Positions 1 through 10,218 of a stretch of 64,000 nucleotides of DNA are shown here, one piece after another. A program made the position numbers and the translations under genes. Under the pieces are notes generated by a model. It was not told the DNA's origin, made no database searches, and was given only the letters and a program-made list of their open reading frames with translations. The number at the start of each line of letters is the position of its first letter. Position 1 is the first letter of the stretch. This DNA is from Candidatus Woesearchaeota archaeon (lineage in GTDB: Archaea; Nanobdellota; Nanobdellia; Woesearchaeales; ARS49), in contig JAWADY010000001.1 of the NCBI GenBank assembly GCA_038891615.1, positions 170,952-234,951 of the forward strand, in the 5' to 3' direction.

Positions 1-185
1 GGCAAAAGTTCATCCGGTGCTTGTGCTGCTAGGTGCGCTTGGCGGTATAGCATTCATAGGTCCTGTTGGTTTCTTGATAGGCCCAATTGTTACTGCGCTG
101 CTTAAGGCATTTGTTGACATTTACGAGACAGAACACGTAGCGGGTCATATGTAAGTCTGAAGAAGAAAGCCAGCAAAGATATAAA

Positions 186-1679
186 ATGAAACTTATTGTA
201 AAGGATATGGACATAGCAACTGGTGGAACGCAGATAGTAATCCTAAATAAGGCTGATGCAGAAGCACTTGACCTACATCCAATGGACAGACTTCTTGTTA
301 GAAAGGGAAATAAGAAGACCATAAGTGTCCTTGACATTGCTGAAAGTGAAAAGGCTGTTCCAAGAGGGAAAATTGGTCTTTTTGAAGAAGTGCTGGATGC
401 GCTAGGCGCTGTTGAAGGAGACATTGTTCAAATATCTTTTGAAAAAAAGCCAGAATCTGTTGGTTATATAAAAGAGAAACTTGATGGGAAAGAATTGAGC
501 TATGATAAAATATACGAAATAGTAAAGGACATTGTAGATAATAAGCTTACCGACATTGAACTTAGCAGCTATATAACTGCGAATTATACAAGAGGGATGA
601 CTACAAAAGAGATTGTCGCACTTACAAAGGCGATGATTGCAACCGGTTCTGTGCTGAAACTAAAAGAAAGACCAATTGTTGACCTACATTCAATAGGCGG
701 CGTACCAGGCAACAGGACAACGCTAATAGTTGTACCGATTCTTGTAGCTGCAGGCTTGAAAGTTCCAAAGACATCAAGCAGGGCAATAACATCTCCTGCA
801 GGAACAGCAGATACGATGGAGGTTTTTTGTAATGTCATGTTGCCAATGAAAAAGCTGGAGCAGATTGTAAAGAAGGTTGGAGGTTTTATTGTGTGGGGAG
901 GCTCTGTTAACCTTGCGCCGGCAGACGATAGGATAATAAAGGTTGAATATCCCCTTGCGCTTGATGCAGAAGGTCAAATGCTTGCATCAATATTGGCAAA
1001 AAAGCTTTCAGTGAATGCAACAAACCTTCTTGTTGAAATTCCGGTTGGAAAGGGCGCAAAGGTTGAAAGCTTAGAGAGGGCCTTGCATCTTAAGCATCAT
1101 TTTGAACTTCTGTCAAAAGAGCTTTGGATTTCAACAAAGGTCATGATAACAGATGGTTCTCAGCCGGTTGGAAGAGGGATAGGACCTGCTCTTGAGGCAA
1201 GAGATTGCCTTTGGGTGCTGATGAATGACCCTCGCGGGCCAAAAGACCTAAAACAAAAATCTATCGAAATGGCTGGCGAGCTACTTGAATTTTCAGGTAA
1301 GGTAGCAAAAGGAAAGGGAAAAGAATTTGCAGCAACGCTTCTTGAAAATGGAAGTGCTTACAAAAAATTTTCCGAAATAATATCAGCACAGGAAGGAAAG
1401 CTCACATTGCCTGACGATATACTTCTGGGCAACAATGTGTATGAGGTTCGGTCAGAAACGAAGGGAATTGTCAAAAGGATCGAAAATGCTGTTGTGACAA
1501 AGATAGCAAGGCTGGCTGGCGCGCCAATTGACAAGAGGGCAGGTTTATATCTTCACAAAAAGTCAGGAGAATCGGTTTCAAAAGGTGAGATTTTGTTTAC
1601 AATTTACGCAGAAAGTGCGGAAAAGCTTAAATATGCTGTTGATGTTGCAAAAAAGATGCCTGCATTTGTTATCGAATAA
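186..1679 (+). CDS. deoA: AMP phosphorylase / thymidine phosphorylase family protein (archaeal DeoA type with N-terminal extension domain)
   Basis: 497 aa. Motifs SIGGVPGNRTT and TSSRAITSPAGTAD are typical of the pyrimidine-nucleoside/AMP phosphorylase family. The ~85-aa N-terminal domain and ~500-aa length fit archaeal AMP phosphorylase. Confidence 0.8.
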   Translation: MKLIVKDMDIATGGTQIVILNKADAEALDLHPMDRLLVRKGNKKTISVLDIAESEKAVPRGKIGLFEEVLDALGAVEGDIVQISFEKKPESVGYIKEKLDGKELSYDKIYEIVKDIVDNKLTDIELSSYITANYTRGMTTKEIVALTKAMIATGSVLKLKERPIVDLHSIGGVPGNRTTLIVVPILVAAGLKVPKTSSRAITSPAGTADTMEVFCNVMLPMKKLEQIVKKVGGFIVWGGSVNLAPADDRIIKVEYPLALDAEGQMLASILAKKLSVNATNLLVEIPVGKGAKVESLERALHLKHHFELLSKELWISTKVMITDGSQPVGRGIGPALEARDCLWVLMNDPRGPKDLKQKSIEMAGELLEFSGKVAKGKGKEFAATLLENGSAYKKFSEIISAQEGKLTLPDDILLGNNVYEVRSETKGIVKRIENAVVTKIARLAGAPIDKRAGLYLHKKSGESVSKGEILFTIYAESAEKLKYAVDVAKKMPAFVIE

Positions 1680-1722
1680 AAAAGAAAAATAAAAAATTTG
1701 TAGGACTTAAAAAGGGGTTAGT

Positions 1723-2178
1723 GTGGCAAGAATTTTCGGCTACGAAATAACAGATACAGACAAGGCATACCTGCTCATACTAGTTTATTTTGTAGGAGTT
1801 ATACTTATATGGCGAGGGATATGGGAAATAAATGACCGCATTCCAATTCTTAAAAGCCCTTATGTCTCACTCTTTTTGGGACTTCTTATTCTGACACTTA
1901 CGGGTTACATATTTAGAGAATTTGACCCACTAGCACAACGGCTCAATAGACTAACAAGGATAGTTCATACAGTTGTTAGCGACATAAAGCGGGGAGCTCT
2001 TGCGACAATACATTATTATGATGAGGTGCACAAGAAGCACAAAAAAATTGACCCAAAATCAATAATGCGGGTAGAGCATGGTTATATCGTTACAAAAGAC
2101 AAATGTGGTGAACACTTTGTCCCAATGCACAGGGTGACCAGGATACACCACAAAGGCAAAATCATTTGGCGCAAATAG
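1723..2178 (+). CDS. hypothetical membrane protein (two predicted TM helices, basic His-rich C-terminus)
   Basis: 151-aa ORF with hydrophobic stretches LLILVYFVGVILIW and LFLGLLILTLTGYIF. GTG start with purine-rich upstream. No recognisable family. Confidence 0.4.
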   Translation: MARIFGYEITDTDKAYLLILVYFVGVILIWRGIWEINDRIPILKSPYVSLFLGLLILTLTGYIFREFDPLAQRLNRLTRIVHTVVSDIKRGALATIHYYDEVHKKHKKIDPKSIMRVEHGYIVTKDKCGEHFVPMHRVTRIHHKGKIIWRK

Positions 2179-2294
2179 TCACAAGACAAAATTCTATTAA
2201 AATTAAGCAAGAATTAGATTGAGATAGCAATCTAGCAATCAAATGTTAGCCATAATCGCTGTTCTGCGTACTGGAAGAAGGAAATGGCTGAAAA

Positions 2295-2323
2295 GCGAAA
2301 AACGATGAACTTAGGTTTTTCGC
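2295..2323. terminator. hairpin (9-bp stem GCGAAAAAC/GTTTTTCGC, 11-nt loop) in convergent intergenic region, candidate bidirectional terminator
   Basis: Perfect inverted repeat with T-run on one side and A-run on the other. Lies between the converging 3' ends of ORFs 1723-2178(+) and 2392-3675(-). Confidence 0.3.
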
Positions 2324-2391
2324 TAAACAAGCATCGCTAACTTTACAACTTAGAGCTAGAGAGACTTATCTGTTCAAACTGTAATGATTCA

Positions 2392-3675
2392 TTATGAAAA
2401 ACTGTTTAATGATGTTTGAGAATCCGAGAAAATGGCTTTTTGATTGCTTTTACTAGTTTGTTCTTTCGAAACTCTGATTTGAATAGCGTCAAGGATTGGT
2501 TTTCCATATTCACCATCAAAGCCAGGTTTAAAAGTAATCCTTTGCTCACGGTTGGCAAGAATTGCATTGACGATTTTCTCGTCAACAAGAGCCGTAAGTT
2601 CCTCTGGTCTGGCGCTGATTAAAACTGCAAACTCTGTACCAAAGCGCTCAATGAGTTTGTTGTAAATTTGCCAAACCTTTTTGGAATAAACAGCAGAGCC
2701 CATAATTCCTGCAATTAGCTCAGATAAGGGGATTAGCTTCTTATAGTCAGCTGCACCATCTGGCTTGTAGCCTTCAGGTCTGTCTGCAAGCTCTTCGACT
2801 CTGTGCGCGACTCCAATTGTGACTGGTTTGGCGCATTTTGGACAAATCTTTTTGAGTGCGGCCGTTTCTTTAGGTGAAAGACAGACTCCACAATTCCTGT
2901 GACCATCATAGTGATACTTTCCTTCTTCTGGAAAGAATTCGATAGTTTCTATAACTTTTTTGCAGCGAATCGCCTTAATAAGCTCATCATAACTTATCTC
3001 ATTAACATCAAAAACAGTCACCTCGCGACCTATTCTCCATGGCCAATAGCTGTGGCTGTCGGAGAAAGAGAGGATAGAAACGTTGTCAAGCTGTGAGATC
3101 CTCCAATTCATTGCAGGATCAGAACTCAAGCCCGTCTCGATGGCATGTATATCTTTTGTTCTATCCTCAAAGCATTCCTTTAATGAGTCAAATCCCGACA
3201 TTGAGCCAAAAAGGCTAAACCACGGGGTCCAGGCATGAGCTGGAATTATCTCAATCCTATCATCAATTTCCTTCATTAGCTCAACAAAGCTTGGACAAGA
3301 AATGCCAAACATTGGTCTCCCATCATAATCAAGCCTTCCTTTCTTCGATAATTGGACATTTATTTCTTCAACTACTCTAAAACTTGGAGCAAGAACGATG
3401 TTATGAATGCGCCTGCCCTTTCCCTTCTGGTTATAGATAAGTGAAATTTCGGTTTGAAGAACAAAAGGCATACCAGACTTTGTCCTTAGAATGCCATTTT
3501 CTTCGACAAGACTTTCTTTGAGCTCTTTAAGCCAGAGGGGGTGAGTAAAATCGCCAGTGCCCAATAGCCCTATTCCTTTAATTCTTGCCCATTTTTCAAG
3601 ATTAGGAATGGTCAAATCTTTGCTTGTTGCCCTTGCATATCTTCCATGAATGTGTAAGTCAGCTACGAGTCTCAT
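2392..3675 (-). CDS. PHP-domain protein with C-terminal zinc ribbon, endonuclease Q (EndoQ)/TIGR00375-like
   Basis: 427 aa. N-terminal DLHIHGRYARATS is a PHP-family metal-binding start. C-terminal CGVCLSPKETAALKKICPKC is a CxxC..CxxC zinc ribbon. Size and architecture match archaeal EndoQ. Confidence 0.55.
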   Translation of the reverse strand: MRLVADLHIHGRYARATSKDLTIPNLEKWARIKGIGLLGTGDFTHPLWLKELKESLVEENGILRTKSGMPFVLQTEISLIYNQKGKGRRIHNIVLAPSFRVVEEINVQLSKKGRLDYDGRPMFGISCPSFVELMKEIDDRIEIIPAHAWTPWFSLFGSMSGFDSLKECFEDRTKDIHAIETGLSSDPAMNWRISQLDNVSILSFSDSHSYWPWRIGREVTVFDVNEISYDELIKAIRCKKVIETIEFFPEEGKYHYDGHRNCGVCLSPKETAALKKICPKCAKPVTIGVAHRVEELADRPEGYKPDGAADYKKLIPLSELIAGIMGSAVYSKKVWQIYNKLIERFGTEFAVLISARPEELTALVDEKIVNAILANREQRITFKPGFDGEYGKPILDAIQIRVSKEQTSKSNQKAIFSDSQTSLNSFS

Positions 3676-3693
3676 GTTTGCACGGGAAATTAG

Positions 3694-4722
3694 TTACGAA
3701 GCAATTACCCCTTTAAGGATTAGCTCAACAATTACAAAAAGGACATAAAGCATTAATAAAGCTATTCCCAAGTGCAAATCAAGCTTCCTTGCAGAGTGAA
3801 TGAATGCTGTAAAAACAATCGCGACAGCCATCATAAATACTGCACTTGCAAGAAAAAGAACAAGATTCCCAATGATTGGATAGATGAGTGCTGTTACTCC
3901 AAGGACAGCTGTTGAATTCATCACAACAGAACCAAGCAAATCGCCCAGCGCCATTTCAGGATGATGCTTCAGAACGGCAGTTGTTTCAAAAATTAGCTCT
4001 GGAAAGGATGTTCCAATAGCTATGAAAAAAAGGCCTACTAGTATTGTAGGAATCCGAAGGTCAAGCGCCAATGCCGAACCATATCGTACAACATATTCTG
4101 CACTATAAAAAAGGAGAAACAATCCGAAAATAAAAACAAGGGGAGAAAGAACTACCTCCCATTTTGGAAAGCTGTTTTCAATTCTCCCATGCATCTTTGG
4201 TCTTTGCTTTACAAGCGTAGAAAGGTAAAAGAGAAAAACAGCTACTAATATAAAACCATCAAACCGTGAAAGCTCGCCATCAATAAACATGAGAACTACA
4301 GGGAGTGCAGAAATCAGCACCATCCAAAACGCCTGTTTTTTTATTTGAGCACCTTCAGCACCCTTTAGTGCAATTTTTCTGCCAATCAAAGAAATTATTC
4401 CGCCAACGAACGCAATATCAGCTATGTTTGAACCAATAACATTTCCAAGGGAAAGAGCTGGTTTCGCTGCAAGCGCAGAGGCAATGCCAACAAAAAGCTC
4501 TGGCAATGATGTTGAAAAAGCCATCAAAATAAAAGCAGTAACAAACTCGCTAAGCCTAAGAAAGGACGCCATCCTTGAGACTGCACGGACAAGCAGAGAG
4601 CCGGCAAACACTAGCACAAGACAAAAAATTATGAATACAAGAAGATTCTGCAACAAGGCCATTTTAAAAACAAACAAATAATAGTTTTTATAGTTTTCTA
4701 TGAACGGTATCAAAATTCGCAA
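3694..4722 (-). CDS. Ca2+/Na+ antiporter, CaCA family (YrbG-like)
   Basis: 342 aa, about 10 TM segments. Two alpha-repeat signatures: AFSTSLPELFVG and GTSFPELIFET (the GTSLPEL consensus). Confidence 0.7.
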   Translation of the reverse strand: MRILIPFIENYKNYYLFVFKMALLQNLLVFIIFCLVLVFAGSLLVRAVSRMASFLRLSEFVTAFILMAFSTSLPELFVGIASALAAKPALSLGNVIGSNIADIAFVGGIISLIGRKIALKGAEGAQIKKQAFWMVLISALPVVLMFIDGELSRFDGFILVAVFLFYLSTLVKQRPKMHGRIENSFPKWEVVLSPLVFIFGLFLLFYSAEYVVRYGSALALDLRIPTILVGLFFIAIGTSFPELIFETTAVLKHHPEMALGDLLGSVVMNSTAVLGVTALIYPIIGNLVLFLASAVFMMAVAIVFTAFIHSARKLDLHLGIALLMLYVLFVIVELILKGVIAS

Positions 4723-4736
4723 AAAATATAAACTTA

Positions 4737-5708
4737 TTGCATTTTAATAAAAAAATGGCGAGCGTTCATATAGAAAAAACTGCAACTAACTATGTGCTTA
4801 CGCTGGTTAATACTTTTGAATGTCTTGAGTCCTTAAAGAAAAAATATGAAATTGCGCAGAAGAACATTAGCGAACTAGAAAGGCTTGTTTTGCAACCATT
4901 TAAGGAAGCGTTGGTGAGAGATCTTCTAAAAGATAAGTCAGTGGGTTGGATGGGTAGTGAAAAGAGGGTTAGCTGTATCAAAAAAAAGGTTTACGAGTAC
5001 AGCGATTGGTATGCAGAGGTTAAAATCGTAAAACAGCAGAAAAAACATGCCTATAAACAATACATTGATGAATTTCTGAGATATACCAGCAATGTTGAGC
5101 ATGATGTTAGGATTGGAAACAGGCTACCTTATGCAGAGCTTGAGAAAGAAAGCGTTTACATATTGGCTAAGCATTTGAACACGAAGCTTCAGTGGTATTT
5201 TGACCGAGAGACAGAAAAAGAAAATAAGGCAAGCATAAAGTTTGGTTCAAAAAAGCCATTGAATATCAGTGAGATAACTTTGTTCCCATGTGAAGATTAT
5301 TCAAAATTAAACGAAAGGAATTTTGAAATTGCGGTAAAGGCTGATTATTTTGTTGGGCGAGAGAAAGAGGTCGTCAAACAATATGAAGAAAAGGTCAAAG
5401 AAAGAATTGCAGAGAGTGCTGCAATAAAACCTGAAGAAGGGAAATTTCCTCAAAAATCAGTAGCAATTGAAAGTGAAGGATACGAGGTTGAAATCGAACC
5501 AAGAACGAGCGTAAGTTATGCAGATGTTTTTAATTCGGTAAAAAATGATTTACTTGAGATATCAAAAGGGAATTACGAAGGTAGAGAAGCTTATTCCCCT
5601 AGAAAGTTGAAAGGAAAGCATTTTGTGGAAGCTGAAAAAACGATAATACATGTTAATATGCTTTGCAATAATTGGGGAGTAAAGAAAATTGCTTACTATT
5701 TCTACTGA
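4737..5708 (+). CDS. hypothetical cytoplasmic protein, Lys/Glu-rich
   Basis: 323-aa ORF with an AT-rich upstream region. An alternative start sits at 4755 (MASVHIEK). No recognisable motifs. Confidence 0.45.
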   Translation: MHFNKKMASVHIEKTATNYVLTLVNTFECLESLKKKYEIAQKNISELERLVLQPFKEALVRDLLKDKSVGWMGSEKRVSCIKKKVYEYSDWYAEVKIVKQQKKHAYKQYIDEFLRYTSNVEHDVRIGNRLPYAELEKESVYILAKHLNTKLQWYFDRETEKENKASIKFGSKKPLNISEITLFPCEDYSKLNERNFEIAVKADYFVGREKEVVKQYEEKVKERIAESAAIKPEEGKFPQKSVAIESEGYEVEIEPRTSVSYADVFNSVKNDLLEISKGNYEGREAYSPRKLKGKHFVEAEKTIIHVNMLCNNWGVKKIAYYFY

Positions 5709-5741
5709 AATAATTTTTGCAAAAATGATACAGTCATTACG

Positions 5742-6338
5742 GTGCAATCAAACAAAACATTTATTAATATTAATCAGATGATGCCAATTATGGAAACAGG
5801 GTACAAAGTTTGTGATGCAATGACAGAGCAGCCTGTCACCATAAGTCCCGATGCAACTCTGCAGCAGTGCGCCTTGCTAATGTCAAAGGAACATGTCGGA
5901 GCCCTGCTCGTAAAAGAAGGAGAGAAGATTGTTGGCATATTGACAGAACGGGACATTGTCAGAAAGGCTGTTGCCAAAAATGTAAGTCCGTCTTCAAAAA
6001 AGGCTCGCGACATAATGGAAACCGCACTAAAAACAATAAGCCCAGAAAAGGATATTCTTGAAGCGTTAAAAATAATGCGTGACTATAACATAAGGCATCT
6101 TCCGGTTATTGACAGAGGAAAATTTCTTGGAGTTATAACACTAAAAGACATATTGAAAATACATCCAGAACTATTTGAGATAATGGTTGAGAAAATAGAA
6201 ATAAGGGAGGCAGAGCGCAAGCTCGCAATCAAAGGAAAAGTGCGTGAAGGGATTTGTCAGAATTGCGGAAAGTATTCTGATGATTTAAGGTATGTTGAAG
6301 GGCAGATGATGTGCCCTGACTGCAGGGAAGAATGGTAG
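5742..6338 (+). CDS. CBS-pair domain protein with C-terminal CxxC..CxxC zinc ribbon
   Basis: 198 aa. Two CBS-like units (VGALLVKEGEKIVGILTERDIV and HLPVIDRGKFLGVITLKDIL). C-terminal CQNCGK...CPDCREEW. Confidence 0.65.
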   Translation: MQSNKTFININQMMPIMETGYKVCDAMTEQPVTISPDATLQQCALLMSKEHVGALLVKEGEKIVGILTERDIVRKAVAKNVSPSSKKARDIMETALKTISPEKDILEALKIMRDYNIRHLPVIDRGKFLGVITLKDILKIHPELFEIMVEKIEIREAERKLAIKGKVREGICQNCGKYSDDLRYVEGQMMCPDCREEW

Positions 6339-6388
6339 CCGAATGAGACTTGTGCTCACACCTTTTCTTAAAACAATTTAAGCAAAAA

Positions 6389-6679
6389 ATGCAACAAAAA
6401 GAAAAAAGCATAGGACTGCGCATATTAATAAGAGGGAAAGTTCAAGGGGTATTTTTCAGAGACTTTGTGAAAAGGAGCGCTGACGCTCTAGGGCTAACAG
6501 GCTGGGTGCGGAATGTTTCAGATGGTTCTGTGGAAGTTTTTGCAGAAGGAGAGAGAAGCAAACTCCTAGACCTTCTAGAAAAATGCAAAAGAGGACCTCA
6601 ATTTGCCGTTGTAGAAGCTATTGAAACAGAATGGTTCGAAGCAAAAAAGAAGGACAAAGGATTTAAAATAATTTACTAA
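6389..6679 (+). CDS. acyP: acylphosphatase
   Basis: Signatures GKVQGVFFR and GLTGWVRN, about 96 aa from ATG 6389. The ORF track begins upstream at 6350. Confidence 0.8.
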   Translation: MQQKEKSIGLRILIRGKVQGVFFRDFVKRSADALGLTGWVRNVSDGSVEVFAEGERSKLLDLLEKCKRGPQFAVVEAIETEWFEAKKKDKGFKIIY

Positions 6680-7119
6680 AACTTAGGCGGATTGCGGGAA
6701 AGGTCTGTGATATCGCTCTCGTTTTCTTTTCCCTTTCTTCTAGATAGAAGATAGGCATAAAAGCAGTTAAGAAAACTATATAAAGAAAAAGCAAAAGAAA
6801 CGCCTGCTATTGTTGATTTCTTTTCAATATCTTTAAAACTAAGAACCATTACTGGATTACTCCTAAGATAGCTGAGCTCATTTACTTTTTCAATATAGAG
6901 CATTTTCACTTTGCCTTCTAAAGCAGCCAAGTCGTACAAAGTCACCTTTTTTAATTCGTCCTCAAGAAATTTAATCCGTGTTGCGGCCTTCACTGCAGGA
7001 CTCTGATACGTTAGGTCATAGAGCGCGTTGAATCCAATCGCTCCAAACCCGATTCCACAAGTCAAAAAAATTTCGGCAGCAAACTTTTTTGCAATTTCAA
7101 CCAAACCCATCCATCCCAC
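6676..7119 (-). CDS. hypothetical protein
   Basis: 147-aa ORF with no competing ORF and no recognisable motif. Its 3' end overlaps acyP on the opposite strand. Confidence 0.3.
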   Translation of the reverse strand: MGWMGLVEIAKKFAAEIFLTCGIGFGAIGFNALYDLTYQSPAVKAATRIKFLEDELKKVTLYDLAALEGKVKMLYIEKVNELSYLRSNPVMVLSFKDIEKKSTIAGVSFAFSLYSFLNCFYAYLLSRRKGKENESDITDLSRNPPKF

Positions 7120-7250
7120 CCCATTTTATTTGAACTTCAAGCTCTTATTAAAGCTTTCTAAAATATTCATAGATGCGGAAACTGGATGACATAAAAGCTA
7201 AATGAAATGAGCCAATAACCTTTAAATATGCACTTTTCAACTTTTTCTTT

Positions 7251-7335
7251 GCGACGGTGCCAGAGTCTGGAAAATGGGCGGGACTTAAGATCCCGTGGCT
7301 TAGTGCCTACGCAGGTTCAAATCCTGCCCGTCGCA
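7251..7335 (+). tRNA. tRNA-Leu (anticodon TAA), long variable arm
   Basis: Acceptor GCGACGG/CCGTCGC is a perfect 7 bp. Anticodon arm CGGGA-CTTAAGA-TCCCG. Long variable arm. T-arm GCAGG-TTCAAAT-CCTGC. Discriminator A. 85 nt. Confidence 0.85.
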
Positions 7336-7415
7336 TGTCTTCCAAAAGCATTAGATTTTGTGTTCAACTCAACCATAGCACAACCTTTTTAAACATAAAG
7401 CCTGTCGATGTGTTT

Positions 7416-8891
7416 ATGCCTAAAAGTGAAGCTGCAAAAGAAAGAAAAACAGACGAAGGAATAACCGCAAATAAAGAAAAGGATTTCTCAGAGTGGTATC
7501 AACAAGTGCTCATAAAAGGAGAGTTGATTGATTATTCTCCTGTTTCTGGATGCTATGTCATGAGGCCAACTTCTTACGCTATTTGGGAGCGCATCCAAAG
7601 TTTGATGGATGAGAAATTTAAAGAGATGGGTGTAAGGAATGTTTACTTTCCAATGTTAATACCAGAATCTTTGCTGAAAAAAGAATCAGAACATGTCGCA
7701 GGCTTTTCACCAGAAGTTGCCTGGGTTACGCAAGGAGGCGATAAGCAGCTTCCAGAACGCCTTGCAATTAGGCCAACTTCAGAAACGATAATGTATGCAC
7801 TTTTTGCAAAATGGATACGCTCGCATAGAGACTTACCACTGAAGATAAATCAGTGGTGCAACATCGTGCGTTGGGAGTTTAGAGACCCTGTGCCTTTTTT
7901 GCGAGCAAGGGAGTTTTTGTGGCAAGAGGGCCACACAGTATTTGCAACAAAAGAAGAAGCAGAAAAAGAAACCTTTCAAATTCTTCAGCTCTATCGCACT
8001 ATTTTGGAAGATTTTTTTTCAATTCCTGTTATTGCTGGTCGAAAATCCGAAAAAGAAAAATTTGCAGGTGCAGAATACACCCTAAGCCTCGAGACCTTCT
8101 TGCCTAATGGAAAGGCAATTCAATGCTGCACTTCGCATCACCTAGGCCAGCGCTTTGGAAAGGCATTTGGGATAGAATTTTTTGATGCTGATGGAAACAA
8201 AAAGTATCCTTGGCAAAATAGTTGGGGTTTATCGACACGAACAATAGGGATAATGGTAATGATGCATTCAGACAATAAGGGGCTTGTGATACCTCCAAAA
8301 CTTTCACCCTTGCATGCTGTCATCGTACCAATCTACTATGCTGATTCAAAAAAGAGTGTTCTTTCAGAAGCAAAAATGATTGCGGAAGACTTGAAAAAAG
8401 CAGGGTTCAATATTTTAGTGGATGAACGCGAGGAATATACGCCTGGATGGAAATTCAATGAATGGGAATTGCATGGCGTTCCCCTAAGGTTAGAGATTGG
8501 ACCAAAGGATGTCGAAAAGAAGCAAGTTGTGATTGTGCGCAGGGATAACGGAGAAAGAGAAGCTGTGAAGGTTACAGAGCTTCGGCAAAAAGTTACCCAG
8601 CTTCTGGAGACAATACAAAAGGCCCTCTTTGAAAAAGCAAAAAGCACTCTCACTGCTTCGATATTTGAAGCAAAAGACTGGAATGAGTTTGTGGCAGCGA
8701 TAGAAGGAAAAAAGCTTGTTCGTGCAGCCTGGTGTGAAAAGGTTGAGTGTGAAGAACAAATAAAGACAAAAACAGGTGGCGCAAAATCGGTTTGTATACC
8801 TCTTGAACAACCAAACAATATTCCAAACAAGAAGTGCATCCATTGCGAAAACAGAGCTACGGTTGTTGCCTTTTTTGCGAAGAGCTATTAA
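7416..8891 (+). CDS. proS: prolyl-tRNA synthetase, archaeal/eukaryal type
   Basis: Class II aaRS motifs (FRDPVPFLRAREFLWQEGH, GAEYT) and a C-terminal zinc-binding domain ending ...CIHCENRATVVAFFAKSY. The start was moved to ATG 7416 because the ORF-track start at 7257 overlaps tRNA-Leu. Confidence 0.85.
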   Translation: MPKSEAAKERKTDEGITANKEKDFSEWYQQVLIKGELIDYSPVSGCYVMRPTSYAIWERIQSLMDEKFKEMGVRNVYFPMLIPESLLKKESEHVAGFSPEVAWVTQGGDKQLPERLAIRPTSETIMYALFAKWIRSHRDLPLKINQWCNIVRWEFRDPVPFLRAREFLWQEGHTVFATKEEAEKETFQILQLYRTILEDFFSIPVIAGRKSEKEKFAGAEYTLSLETFLPNGKAIQCCTSHHLGQRFGKAFGIEFFDADGNKKYPWQNSWGLSTRTIGIMVMMHSDNKGLVIPPKLSPLHAVIVPIYYADSKKSVLSEAKMIAEDLKKAGFNILVDEREEYTPGWKFNEWELHGVPLRLEIGPKDVEKKQVVIVRRDNGEREAVKVTELRQKVTQLLETIQKALFEKAKSTLTASIFEAKDWNEFVAAIEGKKLVRAAWCEKVECEEQIKTKTGGAKSVCIPLEQPNNIPNKKCIHCENRATVVAFFAKSY

Positions 8892-9115
8892 AGATAAAAG
8901 TAATTGTTTTAATCAAACTACAGCAATATTGTGTACCTTAAGGGTTCAGAAGCTGTAAAGACAATACAAGGTGGAGCAGTTGTTGCAGCAAACAAATCCC
9001 TAAGAATAACTAATTAGTGGCTGGAAAGATTTATAAAGAAGATAGGATATGCCTTAATTAGGAAAGGTATAAATAATTTTTAAATTGGGGGTTGATTGTT
9101 GTGGCAAGAAAAAAG

Positions 9116-9472
9116 ATGGCTACAAAAGTACGGAAAAAACCAGCAAAAAAAACTGTTAAAAAAACTCCTGCTAAAAAAAGGGCGGGTCGAGCAGTAGCTG
9201 TTAAAAAAGTTGTTGCAGGCGTGCCAGAAAAGAGGCTTGTTGGAAAGATAACTCATTTCTATGACAGGATATCAGTTGCAGTTGTTGATGTCCTTGACAC
9301 GCTTGCGATTGGTGATAAGATACAGATCGAAGGACATGGAAGGAGCTTCCAGCAAACTGTTGACTCAATGCAAATAGAGCACAAACCTGTCAAAACAGCA
9401 AAGAAAGGACAAAGTATCGGGCTAAAGGTTGTGCAATCAGTAAAAGAAGGCGACCTGGTATTTAAGGTTTAG
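9116..9472 (+). CDS. hypothetical protein with Lys/Ala-rich basic N-terminal tail and small beta-barrel-like C-terminal domain
   Basis: MATKVRKKPAKKTVKKTPAKKRAGR... is followed by a globular segment (KITHFYDRISVAVVDV...GDLVFKV). ATG at 9116 is preceded by GGGGG. The track start at 9092 is TTG. Confidence 0.45.
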   Translation: MATKVRKKPAKKTVKKTPAKKRAGRAVAVKKVVAGVPEKRLVGKITHFYDRISVAVVDVLDTLAIGDKIQIEGHGRSFQQTVDSMQIEHKPVKTAKKGQSIGLKVVQSVKEGDLVFKV

Positions 9473-9570
9473 AGAGACAACCGCGAGCAATAGAAAACTT
9501 TAAATAGTAGTAGTGGCGAAAGAAAAGAAGATTTTCTTAAAAATTAATTATAATTATAACGAGTGTTTGA

Positions 9571-10218
9571 ATGATGGAAAGCGACAAAGAGGTCAAAACG
9601 CTAAAAGGAACAACCACTGTTGGCATTGTCTGCAGGGATGGAGTTGTTCTTGCTGCTGACAAGCGAGCAACTGCTGGCCTTGTTTTTAGCAAAAAAGAGA
9701 AAAAAATTCATCCAATAGCAGACAACATGGTTGTTGCAATGGCAGGTTTGGTATCAGACGCACAACTTCTGATAAAGTTGATAAAGGCTGAACTAAAGCT
9801 CAAAGACCTTCAAACAGGAAGATATTCAAATGTAAAAGAGGCTGCAAATCTTCTAGCAGGAATGCTTTATATGAACATAAGAAAGATGACAATGGTGCCT
9901 GGAATTGTGGCTTTCTTGCTAGCAGGAAAGGATAATGAAGGATTCCACCTCTATAACCTTGGTATCGATGGTTCGATAACAAAATTTGATGATTATACTT
10001 CTGAAGGTTCTGGCTCTGTTTTTGCTCTTGGCGTGCTTGAAGCGAACTACAAGAAGGGGATAGGTATTGATGAAGGGATAAAGCTGGCTGTTCGCACGGT
10101 GAATGCTGCGCTGCAAAGAGACCCAAACACTGGTAATGGCATCGACGTGGTGACTGTAACCGACGAAGGGATAAAGACAGTGCTTGAGAAGGAGCTTGTG
10201 GAGCGGCTGGAAGCTTAA
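9571..10218 (+). CDS. psmB: proteasome subunit beta (with propeptide)
   Basis: LKGTTTVGIVCRDGVVLAADKRAT places the catalytic Thr after a G/T processing site. About 215 aa. Confidence 0.9.
   Translation: MMESDKEVKTLKGTTTVGIVCRDGVVLAADKRATAGLVFSKKEKKIHPIADNMVVAMAGLVSDAQLLIKLIKAELKLKDLQTGRYSNVKEAANLLAGMLYMNIRKMTMVPGIVAFLLAGKDNEGFHLYNLGIDGSITKFDDYTSEGSGSVFALGVLEANYKKGIGIDEGIKLAVRTVNAALQRDPNTGNGIDVVTVTDEGIKTVLEKELVERLEA

Noticed and set aside
29-424. 131-aa minus-strand ORF at window start
   Set aside because: Ser/Ala low-complexity frame antisense to deoA with no RBS. The deoA frame has clear family motifs.
7257-7415. N-terminal 53 codons of the ORF-track proS model
   Set aside because: This stretch is the tRNA-Leu(TAA) gene (7251-7335). 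The conserved ProRS sequence begins at the internal ATG 7416.
8336-8843. 167-aa and 117-aa minus-strand ORFs
   Set aside because: Both lie entirely inside proS on the opposite strand. The proS frame is strongly supported by conserved motifs.
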